From positions 62,001-126,000 of the forward strand of contig JALMLS010000030.1 in the NCBI GenBank assembly GCA_038496445.1: DNA of 64,000 nucleotides. The letters are read 5' to 3'. Source of the DNA: Trichosphaerium sp. ATCC 40318. Lineage: Eukaryota; Protista; Tubulinea. Below, piece after piece: positions 50,001-62,821 of this stretch (position 1 is its first letter; every line of letters starts with the position of its first letter). The translations under genes were made by a program, and so were the position numbers. Under the pieces are notes generated by a model. It was not told the origin of the DNA. It searched no databases and worked only from the letters and a program-made list of their open reading frames with translations.

Positions 50001-51051
50001 AGAATCTTGCTCATCTATATGTGCACCTTGATACAGCTGCATAAAACAGCCTGTACGCATAACAAATGGTTGATCGGGTACCTAGTAACTACTGTTAGCG
50101 CTCTTTAAATCCACAAGGCAAGAAAATAATTATGACTTGACCCGCAATGTGAACAAAGAAAAAAATAATTAAAAAAAACACTTTCTACATTACGAACCGG
50201 CGCTTACCTCCCACGTGTTAGCAGGTTCATAAAATACTGTTATGTTCAATTTACCAGCTGCACCACCATTCATTGGCGTATAATCACGCCATCCAGTCAC
50301 CTTACCTATTAGAGAATGAATTCGTTTTAATTTAAACCTAAAACGTGCACATACCAACAGATATCTCACTTATGGGAATCTGTACGCTACCAATAATCCC
50401 GTATTCCTTGGAAGTTGTACGTAGATCCAAATACTCGTACTGGCCACATACAGGGATCGTTATAGCTAAGTTTTAAAGACATCAGTGCATGCAAAAGCGG
50501 GAAAAACAAAGGCGGAACGGTGAAACTGTTTTGGAAGCAGTAACGCATGTTGTCTAGGCGAATAAAGCAAAAAGAAAAGGATTTTAAAGGTGGTGTCACT
50601 TTTTCGTTTTGCGCTTGTTAACGGTGAAAACATCAATTGTGTTTGTGGTTTGATTTTGTAACGTACAGTGTTGCCAATGAGGGCTTTGATGGTACACATA
50701 AGGAGTTTCGCCAAGGTACAGTGCATCAAGCGATATTACTGTAGAGTGTTCTGCGATACCTATCAGTGCGTAAGAAGTCAAGTTGAAACGTATTTAACAA
50801 CGAAAATAATTGATAAACGCAAGTAGCGCACCTGGGAACCAACCAGAATGAATAACAATCGTTAATTTACCAATTAACAGCGATAATTTCTTCTGAAATG
50901 CACTAATAGCTGTATTCGATCCGCTGACTGATTTAGATAGCGTCTGAGCAACATCTGACAGTTGCTATGTGCATTAGGGTACAAAACAGCGAGGAATAAT
51001 AAAAAAACGTTGTAGAATACACACCTTTGTTAGTTTGCCTATTAATTTCAT
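47026..51051 (-). CDS. PLD: Phospholipase D, plant-like C2-PLD type
   Basis: Two HKD motifs ([21 protein letters not shown]), [43 protein letters not shown], and C-terminus LPDALTT*. Confidence 0.93.
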
Positions 51052-51430
51052 AACCTACACGCACATAACCTTGCACCACAGCTAAAGAGTTAAGTATACC
51101 ACTTCAGCAAAAATTCACGACGTCTGTGAATCTACCGCAAATACCACCCAATAGGAAGAATACACGTGTGTGTAGCGCTTTACGTATATGTATACAGCGA
51201 CCAGCATTATCTACAACGTTTTGTGTCACGTGTGTAAATTCTTACAGAAAGTTACTGAGAACAGGTGGATTTTCGCTTTAGAATTCTGTATTGTTCTTCT
51301 TGGATGCTGGGAAATACAACGCTACTTTTTAGTAGTAGTAGCGCTAGTTGCTGTTTGTGGTAAGACTGCACTACTGCACAAATAGTTTTGCATTACAGTA
51401 CACAATTTACAGTTTACAAAATCTGACAAC

Positions 51431-54400
51431 ATGGAAAGCACAAAGCTAGCGGAGGTCGGACAAATTCTAGCAATACCGTCACAGATACGACACAATGCTT
51501 TTGTATACAACCAACAGGCTTTCGTACTGTTTTCCGAAGGCTGCCTTGCTTTTAAAAGGCCTAACAACGACTCTAAGAGATCACAAGAGCCTAGAGTACG
51601 TAAACAAGCAAAAAGAGACGATTTTTGGAGAATACCTAGCGCTGACGTTATGCTTTTCGCTACATGTTTTACCTTTCTGTTTTCTAAAGCGTAAAAGCTA
51701 TACTAGAGCGTTTTCCTTTACTATTTTCTCTCGTCGGTGAAAAAAGCCCTTAAAATTGCCACGTTTATGCATTACCTCTGCATGACACGTGCTTCATTTT
51801 TTTTTATTACAAAAACGTATCTCGTTCCGACAGTAACCATTTTGTGAACCCATAAAAGTAGTGCGAGTATTTTTTTACTCGAGTACGTTTTTAACGCCCA
51901 ACCGCCTTTTGTTTCCAAAAAAAAATAATAAGGACATGTACAACAGTGTTAAATAATAGTAGCGTAAATCTACACTCCCTTTTTCCCAAGTCATTTTTAG
52001 TTCACAATGGAATATTCTTTAATCTTTTACTGCAGGATCCATGGGACCTTTTCTGCTTAACATATCCATACAAAATGGTCAGATACTTCGGTAGGAACAC
52101 ATCACCTATCTTGACAGCTCTATGTATGACGACAGCATTAAATATTGGTGTTAAAAAAACCACGTGTGGCCCAGACGCAGTATACCGCGTAACGTAAGTA
52201 TTTAACCATATACCACAACTTTGTGTTCTCTTTTCTTACTAGCGATACAGTAGTCACACCGTATTTATGCTGGCGATGAATATATTCACTTTACAGAAGC
52301 CTAAGAGGTCTGACAACGAAAACAGCACGTATAAAGCAATGTCTCGGTACGCTAGAAGAGTAAAAAATACATTCACACCAAAAGTTGTGTCCGATTTTTT
52401 CTTAGCATTTGTTGACTCACCCATCTTTTTTCAGATGGGTACATATGTTGGATAACAGAAGAAAGGGTAGAAATTGGCGGTTTCGCGTAAAGAAAGGAGA
52501 AATTAAAACGTGGAGTCGAGTACAAAACGATATTTTGAAGATGTTAAGAAATGATCCAAAAGTTTTTTGGACGTGGCTTTGTAGTGGAGAACAGGAAATG
52601 ATATCTCTTCGTTCTGGCTTTAAAGTATGCGTAGAATCAGTAGTATGGGCGTCAGCACTGTAGACTGACTTTCTTGACACAACAGCGCTCGAGATTTGCG
52701 TCTGTTACACCTCTTGTATTTAAATATGATTAAATCCCTTTGTATACCCTTGCTTAGTGTTGTGGTAAACAGCCGCATTCGTTTCTTTCACATTATAGGG
52801 AACGTTAGTTGTGAAGTCTTTTTTTTTTCTGGTCACCAAATAAAACCGTATTCGATCTTTCGGAAGATAAGTCAGCTGAAAATAGAAGCTCACCGCTTAG
52901 GCCAAAATAGTGCACTGTAAGGGCAGCGGCACTGCCAATAATGGCCAAGAGACGCACAGGATCAGTGCGGATGGTTCCTTGCGCAGAACTGACGATGATA
53001 AAGAAATTAGGTAACGAAAAGGCGCCTGTAGTATATTAATGGTATTGTAGGGTCTGGGAAATATGGTACAGTACACTTGGCAACTTACAAAGACGAGCAC
53101 GTCGCCGTTAAAACTAGAACAAACAATGAAGGCCTCCTTGAGGATTTTATGCATGAGGTAAGCGCAATAGTAGCATTATTGATCATGTTTACGGTAAAAA
53201 TTAATGATCGTATCTTTATTAGGTTGGGATTATGCTGTATGTGACGGTTATATTCGGTTGTATTAATACGCGTATAGCAACTTACCACCAAACCCACACG
53301 TAGTAAACATTTCCGGTCTTAGCTTCAGCAAGACCTGCGAGCCAATGCTTATACTAGAGTATATGTCTGGAGGCGATTTAGAGTCATTTTACATGAATAA
53401 CGAGATTACTGAAGAAAAAATATGGGAGCTAACGCTTGGTATTATAAAAGGTCTAACATGGTTACATGAAAACGAAATAGTACACCGGTGAGTTATTGAG
53501 GAGTTTTTTCCAAAAAAAAAAACGAGTTATTTCTTTATTACACTTATTGTATTTTGCTTTCTAATACTCGCAATAGCGATATATCATGCCGAAATATACT
53601 TGTACGCCTATTGTAGCAATTTTGCAGTTTTCTTAACACCAAAAATCAAAAACGAATACCAATCGGTTTTCTAATACAAAAAAATAGCTTACCAATGATG
53701 GTGCTCCAAGAATAAGCGATTTTGGTATGTCTCGGTACGTGTTAAATGTCAAAAACAATCAAAAAAAAATGTTAAAGGAAACTTGTAGTAACGGCGCAAT
53801 AACAATGACAACAAACACGAATTTCGGACCTGTTCCTTGGGTACAACAACTTTCTTGAAACCTAACCTTCAATTAGTATTAAAACTTGCTTACTTCTTAC
53901 TGACTGAGCGTATAGATGGCTCCTGAGAACATAGATTTAACATTTTCGACTGCTAGTGATGTAAGTTTTGGTTGTTTTTTTTGTTTTTTGCAATTTCTGG
54001 ATTTTTGATAAAATCTCAATTGTGTTTCCACCCTTCGCTCATTCAACAACCTTGTTGTTATGTCTTTATATTATATTTTTTTGGCAGTATTTTTTTCAGA
54101 CTTTATTTGTTATGGAGTTTCTTGTTCATATTTGGCTGTGAAGAACTGAACCATTTTTTTTTTTTTTGTGTGACATCAAGTGACGCTTTTGTTTGTATTT
54201 TTTTTTGATTAACACTGTTAGATATGGTCATTTGGCATGGTTATATATGAACTCGTACATCGTGCTAACCCACATTTTGATTGTACTTTAAACATAGTTA
54301 AGCTAGCTGAAAACATAAGGTACAAACAATCAACAACATCTTCGTTTTAAGTCAAAAAATCACAAACTGGAATTCGAGCTTACTTTTGAAATGATAGGGA

Positions 54401-56687
54401 TAATGGGTTTACCCCAGCTATTTGCGATGACTGTCCTGTACATTGGAAGCAGTTAATGAGTATATGTTGGGTACACATAATACACCATGAAGTGTAATTT
54501 GATGTACTGACTTTACTTTTCTTTTTTTTCAGGCTTATCATGCTTCAAAGCGTCCTGATGCTCCATCTATATTATCTAATTTAGAAATGGGATTTGGAGG
54601 GAATGATTCCATATCTATGGACTCCTCTGATTTTTCTGGAGGAGGATCATCAGTAGACGCTGACGAGCCTCTCGGAACATCTCTTTTAGATACACCACAA
54701 ACAGTACGCAAACATCACTTTACACAAAAAAATGCAGTGTGTCTTACTTTACTCTGTTAAGCCATCAAGAAAACTTCCTGCTCCTCCATCAACACTACCA
54801 CCAATTCCTAAACGGCCAACACCTAAAAAGAGACCTCACAGTGTTGCAAAGAGATCCACTAACTACACCCACCGTGCTCTTCCAAAGCGTCCTATGTCGG
54901 CTGAGAGGAAGCCAAAGAAGTCACCGCTAGCTGAGCGCATGAGAGCCTCTGAACGGTTCGCATCTGCTATTAAAAACGCAGATCACTCGACGCTCAGAAA
55001 AGTAGATAGTGTTGGATACAACTGCTTCAGTTCACCTAGTTTAACAAGAACACCGACTATACCTTCAAGAGCTCCACCTGTTGCACCTTCAAGTAAACTA
55101 AAAGCAGGTTTTACAGAAGTAAGACCAAAGGCTGTTCGCCCTAAGCCAAATCATGAACAGCCAGCATCCAACGAAGTTAAAGAAAAGGTGGTAAATCAAC
55201 CAAGAAAAAAAATGGCTGTACCTCCTAAAAGTATACAAGCATTAGCTAGAGCGTAAGTACTGTTTAAACTACTTTCAACATTACTTAATATTTATTTCCA
55301 GACGTGAGGGGACACCTGAAAAGCTTGCTGTATCCGCTGATTTAGAAACCAGACCAAAGAAAGTTATAGCGAACCAACGGCTTTCTGGGTATGTACATAT
55401 GTTTTGTTTCTAGTCCTTGTGCTCTTTTTCTTACCTGTTTGTGTAGAAGTTCTGATAGTACCTTTGAACCAAGAGAACGACAAATGAGCCTTTTAGAATC
55501 TATTCGTGCTCAAGATGAAGCGGAAGAAGACGATACGCCTATTTCATCACGTGGTTTGTATTCATGGAGACATAAGGCGTGTAGCACACTGACAGTCATT
55601 TTAACAATGCTAACCCATTAAAAGGGAGAAAGTGGGTCCAAAAATGTAAAACTCAGACCTGAAGGTGAAGAGAAGCAGGATAGAGGAAAATCAACACAAT
55701 TCGTTAGACTGAGAATAATAGGTATGATCATGTTCAGCCTTTGTTTTTGTGGTTTTTGATGTTGTGTTTAGAAGGAAGAGACTTTGGTAAAGGAAAAGCT
55801 GAAGTACATATACGTAGAAAAGAAACTTCTAAAGGAAAATCTAAAAAGAAGTTTGGTACAGATAGACTCAAGGACGCAAACTGGAATGAACGGTTTAAGT
55901 TGTATGCTAAAAATAACTTTGTATTTTTGATTGATTTTTCTACTTTTTATAGGAATTGTTCGAATGTTGATAAAGAAGTTATTGTTTTAGTCGCTTTACG
56001 TGATAGAACAGAAATAGGATCTATAGACATTCCTTTGAAAGGACGTTTTACAAACCCAGGCCTGTAAGCACCCATTGAAATTGTTTTTTTTTTGTTTTTT
56101 TTCAGGAACTGTTGGTTCACTGTTTGTCTCACCTTTGTTCCATTAGTATTGAAAACTGGTATGTTATGGGTAATGCGAAAGTCAGGGTAACCATGGAATG
56201 TGTTGATACACTTGTAGATTATCGTAAGTATCCAAAAAATTAATGAGAATGAAAGCATACTAAAAAAAACCTACTCTCAGGATCAAAAGTCAAAAAAGGA
56301 AACTCATCACCACGAAAGCATTCACGCAAGCATTCGCATGGTGGTGAAAGATATTCCAAGCGTAATCTTTCTCCGGAAACAAATATTCCAGCTGGATCAA
56401 TAAGAGTATCAGACACAACTGATAAACCAAAATTGTTTGCTGTAATTACAGAGTTTAAAACTCGAAAATCTACTCGTGTTGTTGATCCACATGGTCGTGG
56501 AAGATCACATACTATTGCGTTGGGATCTGGACCACCAGATATAGATATGCCGATGAGACAACCACCATCTTTGCCAAAGTACGTACAGACTAAGAATCAC
56601 GTCAGCGTTTTTGTTTTCAATCTAACTGCAAATTAGAGAGTAAAAAAACAAAAAGAATATCTAGCTCTCTTTTCCTTAGATCTATGA
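51431..56687 (+). CDS. Tyrosine-kinase-like protein kinase with a Pro-rich linker, WH2-like motifs and a C2-like domain
   Basis: GSGKYG, VAVK, HR|DISCRNIL, DFG, GPVPW|MAPE, D|IWSFG. Later exons FASAIKNADHSTLRKVD and ANWNERF..EIGSIDIPL. Joining of the 5' exons and the stop are uncertain. Confidence 0.85.
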
Positions 56688-57109
56688 CAACAAATGTTGT
56701 CAGTAGACACGCTAGTTATATTGTCCACTTACACCGTACAAAACAATCAAAATTGGAAAATTAGCGCTTGTAGAGCGTTAACAACAACAATTTTTTATTT
56801 GTTTTTTGGTTATCCTTTTTATCTATTAGAAACACTTCTATAAGTGTTAAAACACGTGTAATGTAGAAAAAACACAAATGTACTTTTATTATTAGATGTA
56901 GTTGTTGTTTATTTATTGTTTGAATCTAATGTTCTTGACTTATTTTTTTGTCATTGTTTTGTGTACAGAGTGGTGTCTTGGTATTTATTTGTTTCCAAAC
57001 CAGTGTTACATTGAGATATTAAAGACTGTTGTAAAGTATCTGTAAACAGAATACAGAACAGAGCGAAACATAATCAGGGTGATATCATAAAGTTTGAATG
57101 TTGTTAACC

Positions 57110-57479
57110 CACATAGACATTGCTTTAACCTTTCCCTTTATACATTTTATGCTCACATGTTGTTTTCCATGTAACCACTAGACTGTGCTTTAAGCTGTCC
57201 ATTTTCATACCATTCTTTTGTTTCACCATCTAGTTATCAGGTACAACCATACTTACTATCATGACTTGTCCATGCTTTACATTTTCCATGACAAGTACTT
57301 TTCCACTTTTGTACCATTTTATCCACTTACCTGTCATTTTTAATGATTGATCATAATGTGTACCAATTGCAGCTTGTTTAGATAATATGAAATTTTGTGA
57401 ATGCTTCAACATCAACAGTGCAAATGTATTGTTGTATTTCACGTGGTATATCTAATAAACTCAAACAGGCAGTATCCAT
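57110..57479 (-). pseudogene. Frameshifted F-box-like/MORN-variant pseudogene
   Basis: MDTACLSLLDIPREIQQYI, a frameshift to THYDQSLKMTGKWIKWYKSG, another to LDGETKEWYENG, then stops. Confidence 0.75.
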
Positions 57480-58450
57480 TTTATATTTATACTGATCTAA
57501 TAACACTTGCTTCCAGATTACTTAGTCTAAACCTTATGTAAGAATACAAACAAGTCAGTATTTGGTAAAAACGGTGTAAAAGATTCTCAATAAAAAAACA
57601 GTCAAGTTGTTTACCCAGAGTTCTCATGTCAACTTCCACTTAAACGGCTTTATGTGCTTAGAAGAGCCCAAATTCGACTACTTGTATGCGTTTCAGGAAT
57701 TGCGTTTTAAAGGCGGCTAGAAACTAAATTCTTCTCTGTGTATAGTATGTAGAATAGGCTTTCTTTGCTTGGTTGCGTTAATGTGAGCACATTTGACAAT
57801 GAGTTTAGCATTTAAGACAAGCAACAATTCCTTATTCGTGGTTTGTAATATTATTTGAGCTCAAATTTTATAGTTTTTGTGACTTCTCACATGTACATTT
57901 GTTGCAATTCGGGTACATCACAGATCATCGCATCGTCTTAGTTAGTGTTCCTTGGTTAGTTGATAGAAGAAAGTCAACTGAGAGTGTTAGAACTCTAACA
58001 AGTCTTCATTGTAAGTTTTGACTAATTTCTAAACCTTGTATTATGTTCTACGGGTAGCCTACACCAAGGGAATTAATGGTAAACAATTATTATCTGTTTT
58101 TGTACTTCTTGAACTGTCGGGAGGAAGACAAAATGTCTTGTGGCTCTAGCGCAGCGCCAAGCATTGTTATATTATACAAGAACACTTGGAAAATAAAAGA
58201 AAGGTGTTACAGTTTTTAAAACAAATTGAAAAGGAAATTTTTGGGTGGGATGTGGGTGATTGCTGCTCGCCATGTTGTTTAAGCTTTGCCGGTTGTTGTT
58301 GTTGTTGATTTATACGAAGTCAAATCATGTTTACCCAAACGTCTGTAACGGAGTAAAACACGTGTACAGCCATTTATTTAAAAAAGGATTATATGGTTGC
58401 TTTTTGTCTGGTTCGATAGATGGTAGGTACCAATGAAAAGGGACACTTGT

Positions 58451-60190
58451 TTACAAGGCCAATACATCTACAGGATTGTCTGTAACTGAAACATTCTTGT
58501 ATTTCTTTTGGAGGTAGCTGACACTTGGTATATTTCCTACAATAAACAGGATGAGTGTGTTACAAAAATCGATTGATAGTTGTAATGTACCACAATACAC
58601 AAGAATAGGTATTTTACTCCATTTCGTATTTTTCTTGATTATTCTTTTCACTAAGTGCTCTGCTGCTTTATCATCTCCATCACCTTTACGGTAGCTGGTT
58701 GTTATAATACGTACGCTATTGCTAGTATATCCTGCAAAATGTTGAAGCCATGCCAAAGCCTCTGAGGATGACGTCATTACCAAAACCTTTGGAGAGTGTT
58801 AGCACCCCTTCAACATATTCTATTTGGTTGCATGCCTCTGTTTTCTTTGGCCGAGCTTTTAATAGCCTTATAATATGTCGGTTCTCTTTGGAAAACTTAT
58901 CATCAACCCATAAGATGATACACTTTGCATCTCTGTACTTGATGTTGAACTTTGTGCTTTGATAATAAACAAGGTATCTCGGAAGAATCTGTTAAACGGA
59001 TAGTTAGAAGCAACTGCCAAAAGGGTTATTTCGAAGAATGTGAGGTTTAGTACTTGTTTGTTGGAGAATACAACAATGTCATCAAAGTCTGGTTTTTCAT
59101 GTTTTTTACAAGGATAACAAATGCGACTTGCTGTTTTTTTAACAATAGCATAGTGCGAATCATATCCATCCTATTTTTTCCATTGTTACACCACAACTAA
59201 TGCGTAATTTCAATGGATTACCTTGCATCCTTTTCCATAGAGGCTGTTTGGATCGCGAGGGTCAGGATCCTCAGTAGCTGGATAGGGTTTTCCCATCATC
59301 ACCCACGATATCATCATACAAGGAGTATCTGTCTTGTTCCACTCAGCATAAACCTTTGCTACAACAGCTCTATTAGCTCGGAATACATAAGATTATAGGC
59401 AGTACCATAATCTGGGTATTGTGTGAAGTAGATACCATTCCCTTTGTAATACAGTAAGTTAGACAAGTGCTTTTAAAGCAAAGGTATTTGTACCAAAGAA
59501 TCCTTCTTCTTTGTTGTTAGTTGGCTCTCTGAAGTTGTGGGTCGCAATTGAGAAACTGTTATTCTATGTACTGCGTATAAGTATAATTAGCATACTTAAT
59601 ACGAGGACAGTACCTCTGTTGTGCCATGAAGCGCACCAATCAGATTGATTTGCTCATTACCAGAAAAACGAAGAGGATAGTTTTCAAAATGGTTCATTGT
59701 ACGTTCTTGTGCTTCAATTCTATTTTTATCAACTGCACTCAAACTGCTATCGCTAATATCTGAATGATGGATTAATACAAACTACTAGCAAACGTTCTAT
59801 CACTTACCTGAAGATTTAGATTGAGGTACTTTAGAAACGAGTTGTTCATATTTTTTTTGAAATGCAGCTTCAAGCGCTTGATTGTCAAAGAAAACAATCT
59901 TTTCCACTGTAAAGAACGAGTCACTCTCAGTACCTACAAACTTATAGAACATATTGCGAGCTCTCAAGTACTCGTCACAACGCTCCTTGTTAGATCAGTA
60001 AGCAAAGACGAAATACCCAAGTCGGAAAAAGTGTTACACATACTCTGATTGTTTCGTTGCTTGTGAGAGAAGTCCATCTCAAACCTGGATACATTTTATT
60101 GTTCTCTTTCCAATCGCCTTGTTTTAAGAATTTTTCACCATGAAGACTGCTCCAAAAGGTATTTTGGCTTGCGTGTTTACTTTCGGCCAT
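58451..60190 (-). CDS. PARP-like ADP-ribosyltransferase domain fused to a C-terminal receiver-like domain
   Basis: VEKIVFFDNQALEAAF, LHGT, FG|NGIYFT, GYDSH, DDIVVF..Q|ILPRYLVYY, then IILWVDD..EALAWL..IPILVYCG. Confidence 0.85.
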
Positions 60191-61273
60191 TGTTTATGAT
60201 TAACTGCAAACAATGTAAAACTCACTGACTGCGCTTTGTAATTCCCTTTCGAAAAAATTAGCTAAAAAAATAAAAAAATTCGCTAAAAATTTTGTGCACG
60301 TGAAAGTTTTCCAAAGAACGGCAGCCAAAAAACTTGTACCAAGTAAAAACAATGTAGTTAACGCTTAAACGTACGTTAAAAGTATCTAACTTGGTTATGT
60401 GACGATATAAGCCAAAAACCTTACAAAGCGTTAGGATAGAGTTTGCAGCCAAGAAGCGAAGGCGACAGAGTTATAAAAAACTAAACCAGGTAAAACCCAA
60501 GACGAAGATTAGCTGTTAAAATTTCAAGCGTACCTGTATAAGACGTCAAACCAATAGACTATGTTTGCTAGTGTGGTCGCGTGATTTGTTTACTAAAGTT
60601 GACGCGGCTCGACCAAAACGGTTTACGGTCTGTGTACTAAATTATTGAACGCGCATGTAGGGGATTTATTATGAAGCTATTGTTTGCTTGTTCGAAAATT
60701 CTAGAAGTGCACTTCCGGTTTATTCAACAATATAAAATTTAACTAGACTCCAAGTCATGTCTTGAAAAAAAGGGCAAATAAAACCCTTTTAAAATAGCAA
60801 GTTGAAATTTTTAGTGCTTTTATGAGCGTCGGGTTTGTTTACTAGCGTGCCATTGCGTAAAGGAGACAAGTCAATAAAATCAAAATGGGTCAATGTGTCT
60901 AACGTTGCGCTACTAGCTACCCACAAAAATAAGAACAATTCTGTACCCGACAAGAGATGAACTTTTCCAAACAGGGGAAGTCAGTGGTACAAATCTCAAT
61001 AGTAGTTTGATAAAATACCAGCAAATTGCTTGACGAAGCTATCTGAAAAATTGAAGATCAATAATATGATTTTTGTTTTCTCAAGAGCACTGGCGTGTTG
61101 TAAAATGCCTTTGCTTGTGAGAACCTTGTAATCAATACGCTTTTGTAACCGCCAACATCGTGAATGAGCTTTCTGGTCATAAGCAATCCATACATTGCTG
61201 AAACTTGATTAGGCTAAAAATATCGAAATTTCTGCACAATAATCAATTCGGCCTATATTTTCTTACCAACAAC

Positions 61274-62591
61274 ATGAGTGTAATGAATCCACCGTTAAAT
61301 AACTCTCCTTTCAAGAATGATGTGCTTAAAGGTAAAGTGGCGTTTATTACTGGTGGTGGAACAGGTATTTGCTTTGGTATCGCAAAAGTATTCGGACAGC
61401 ACGGCTGTAAACTCGCACTGATGGGTAGACGCGAGTACGGCATCTTATTAGTAAATTAGCTTTGTAACTGTTTGTAAACTAGGTTTAAGCTCAAAGAAGC
61501 ATGCGCAGAGCTAGGAAAACATGGAATTGAAGCGATTGGATGCCAAGGTGATGTTACAAAACAAAAAGAATGCGTGGCAGCAATGAAAAAAGCCGCTGAT
61601 CACTTTGGTCGTATTGACATACTGGTACGTTTAAAATTACCAACTTGTTATTAGTATTAACGACAATTTAGATCAATGGCGCTGCAGGCAACTTTATATG
61701 CGCTGCAGAAGATCTCTCCGTGAACGGCTTCCGTCGCGTACAAGAAATAGACTCTGTTGGCACTTTTGCCATGAGTACGTAGCTAAAATAGCTTAATACA
61801 GCGTCTACAATGCTCACATACCCACAATCGGAAGAACTATCTTCATTTGTCCGTTATTTGACGTTTCATTCATTTTGTCCTCTTTTTGTCCTTTCTCTCT
61901 TACTTTCTTTAGGTCGCGCAGCTTTACCGTACTTAAAAGAACGTAGAGGAAGTCTAATCGTTAATATCACCGCAACACTTCATAAACCTGCTACTAACTA
62001 CCAAATACATGTTTGTGCTGCTAAAGCCGGTGTTGACGCAACAACAAGAGTGTTAGCACTTGAGTGGGCAAAGCACGGCATTCGGGTGAATGGTAAGTCC
62101 AAATATCCCGAATTTTTCCCGTTGTTTACAAATACACAAGGTGTTGCTCCTGGTCCTATTGGTGGTACAGAGGGTATGAAACGTTTGGCACTTCCTGGTT
62201 TCCGCGCTCAAGATTTACTATCAAAGCGTATGGGTACACCAACAGAGATTGGACATGCTTGTGTATTCCTTGCTTGCAGTCGTAAGTGAAATGGTTTTTT
62301 TCAAACAAAAAAAAAAAAAACTTTGTACATTGTGACACGTGACATGTCATGTGTCATTCCGCTTATTTTTTCCCTTTTCAATACCTTCTCACTATTGTCT
62401 TACAATTTTTTCCTTTACTTGTAGCATACATATCTGGAGAAATCATTACAGTTGATGGAGGTCAACAGAATGTTGTTGGAGCCAGTATTCCACAAGAAGT
62501 TTACGAACAATTCCGCGATAATTCTAGAAAGCTTCAATTGAAGCAAAAGGCAAAACGTGAAGCTGAAAGGAGACAAAGAGCAAAGTTGTAA
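61274..62591 (+). CDS. DECR2: Peroxisomal 2,4-dienoyl-CoA reductase (SDR)
   Basis: TGGGTGIC, NGAAGNF, NITATLH, HVCAAKAGVDA, APGPI, and C-terminal PTS1 AKL*. Confidence 0.92.
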
Positions 62592-62821
62592 CAAACCCTT
62601 TTACAATAAAAACTGCTGCGAATGCCTTGAGACGCGCTTAAAGTCTCGTCTCTTGCTAATTAAGTCAAGTTGTTTGTGTACTCTTTCATATGCTTTCATT
62701 TGCAGCTAGGTAAGATATAGTAGTGATAAGGAGTGTTTAAAGAGCTTTTTGGACTAAATCAGGCTACAGGTCTGCTCGTCATACTCGCAAGGTCTGTAGT
62801 GCGTCTACATCAACACGCGCA

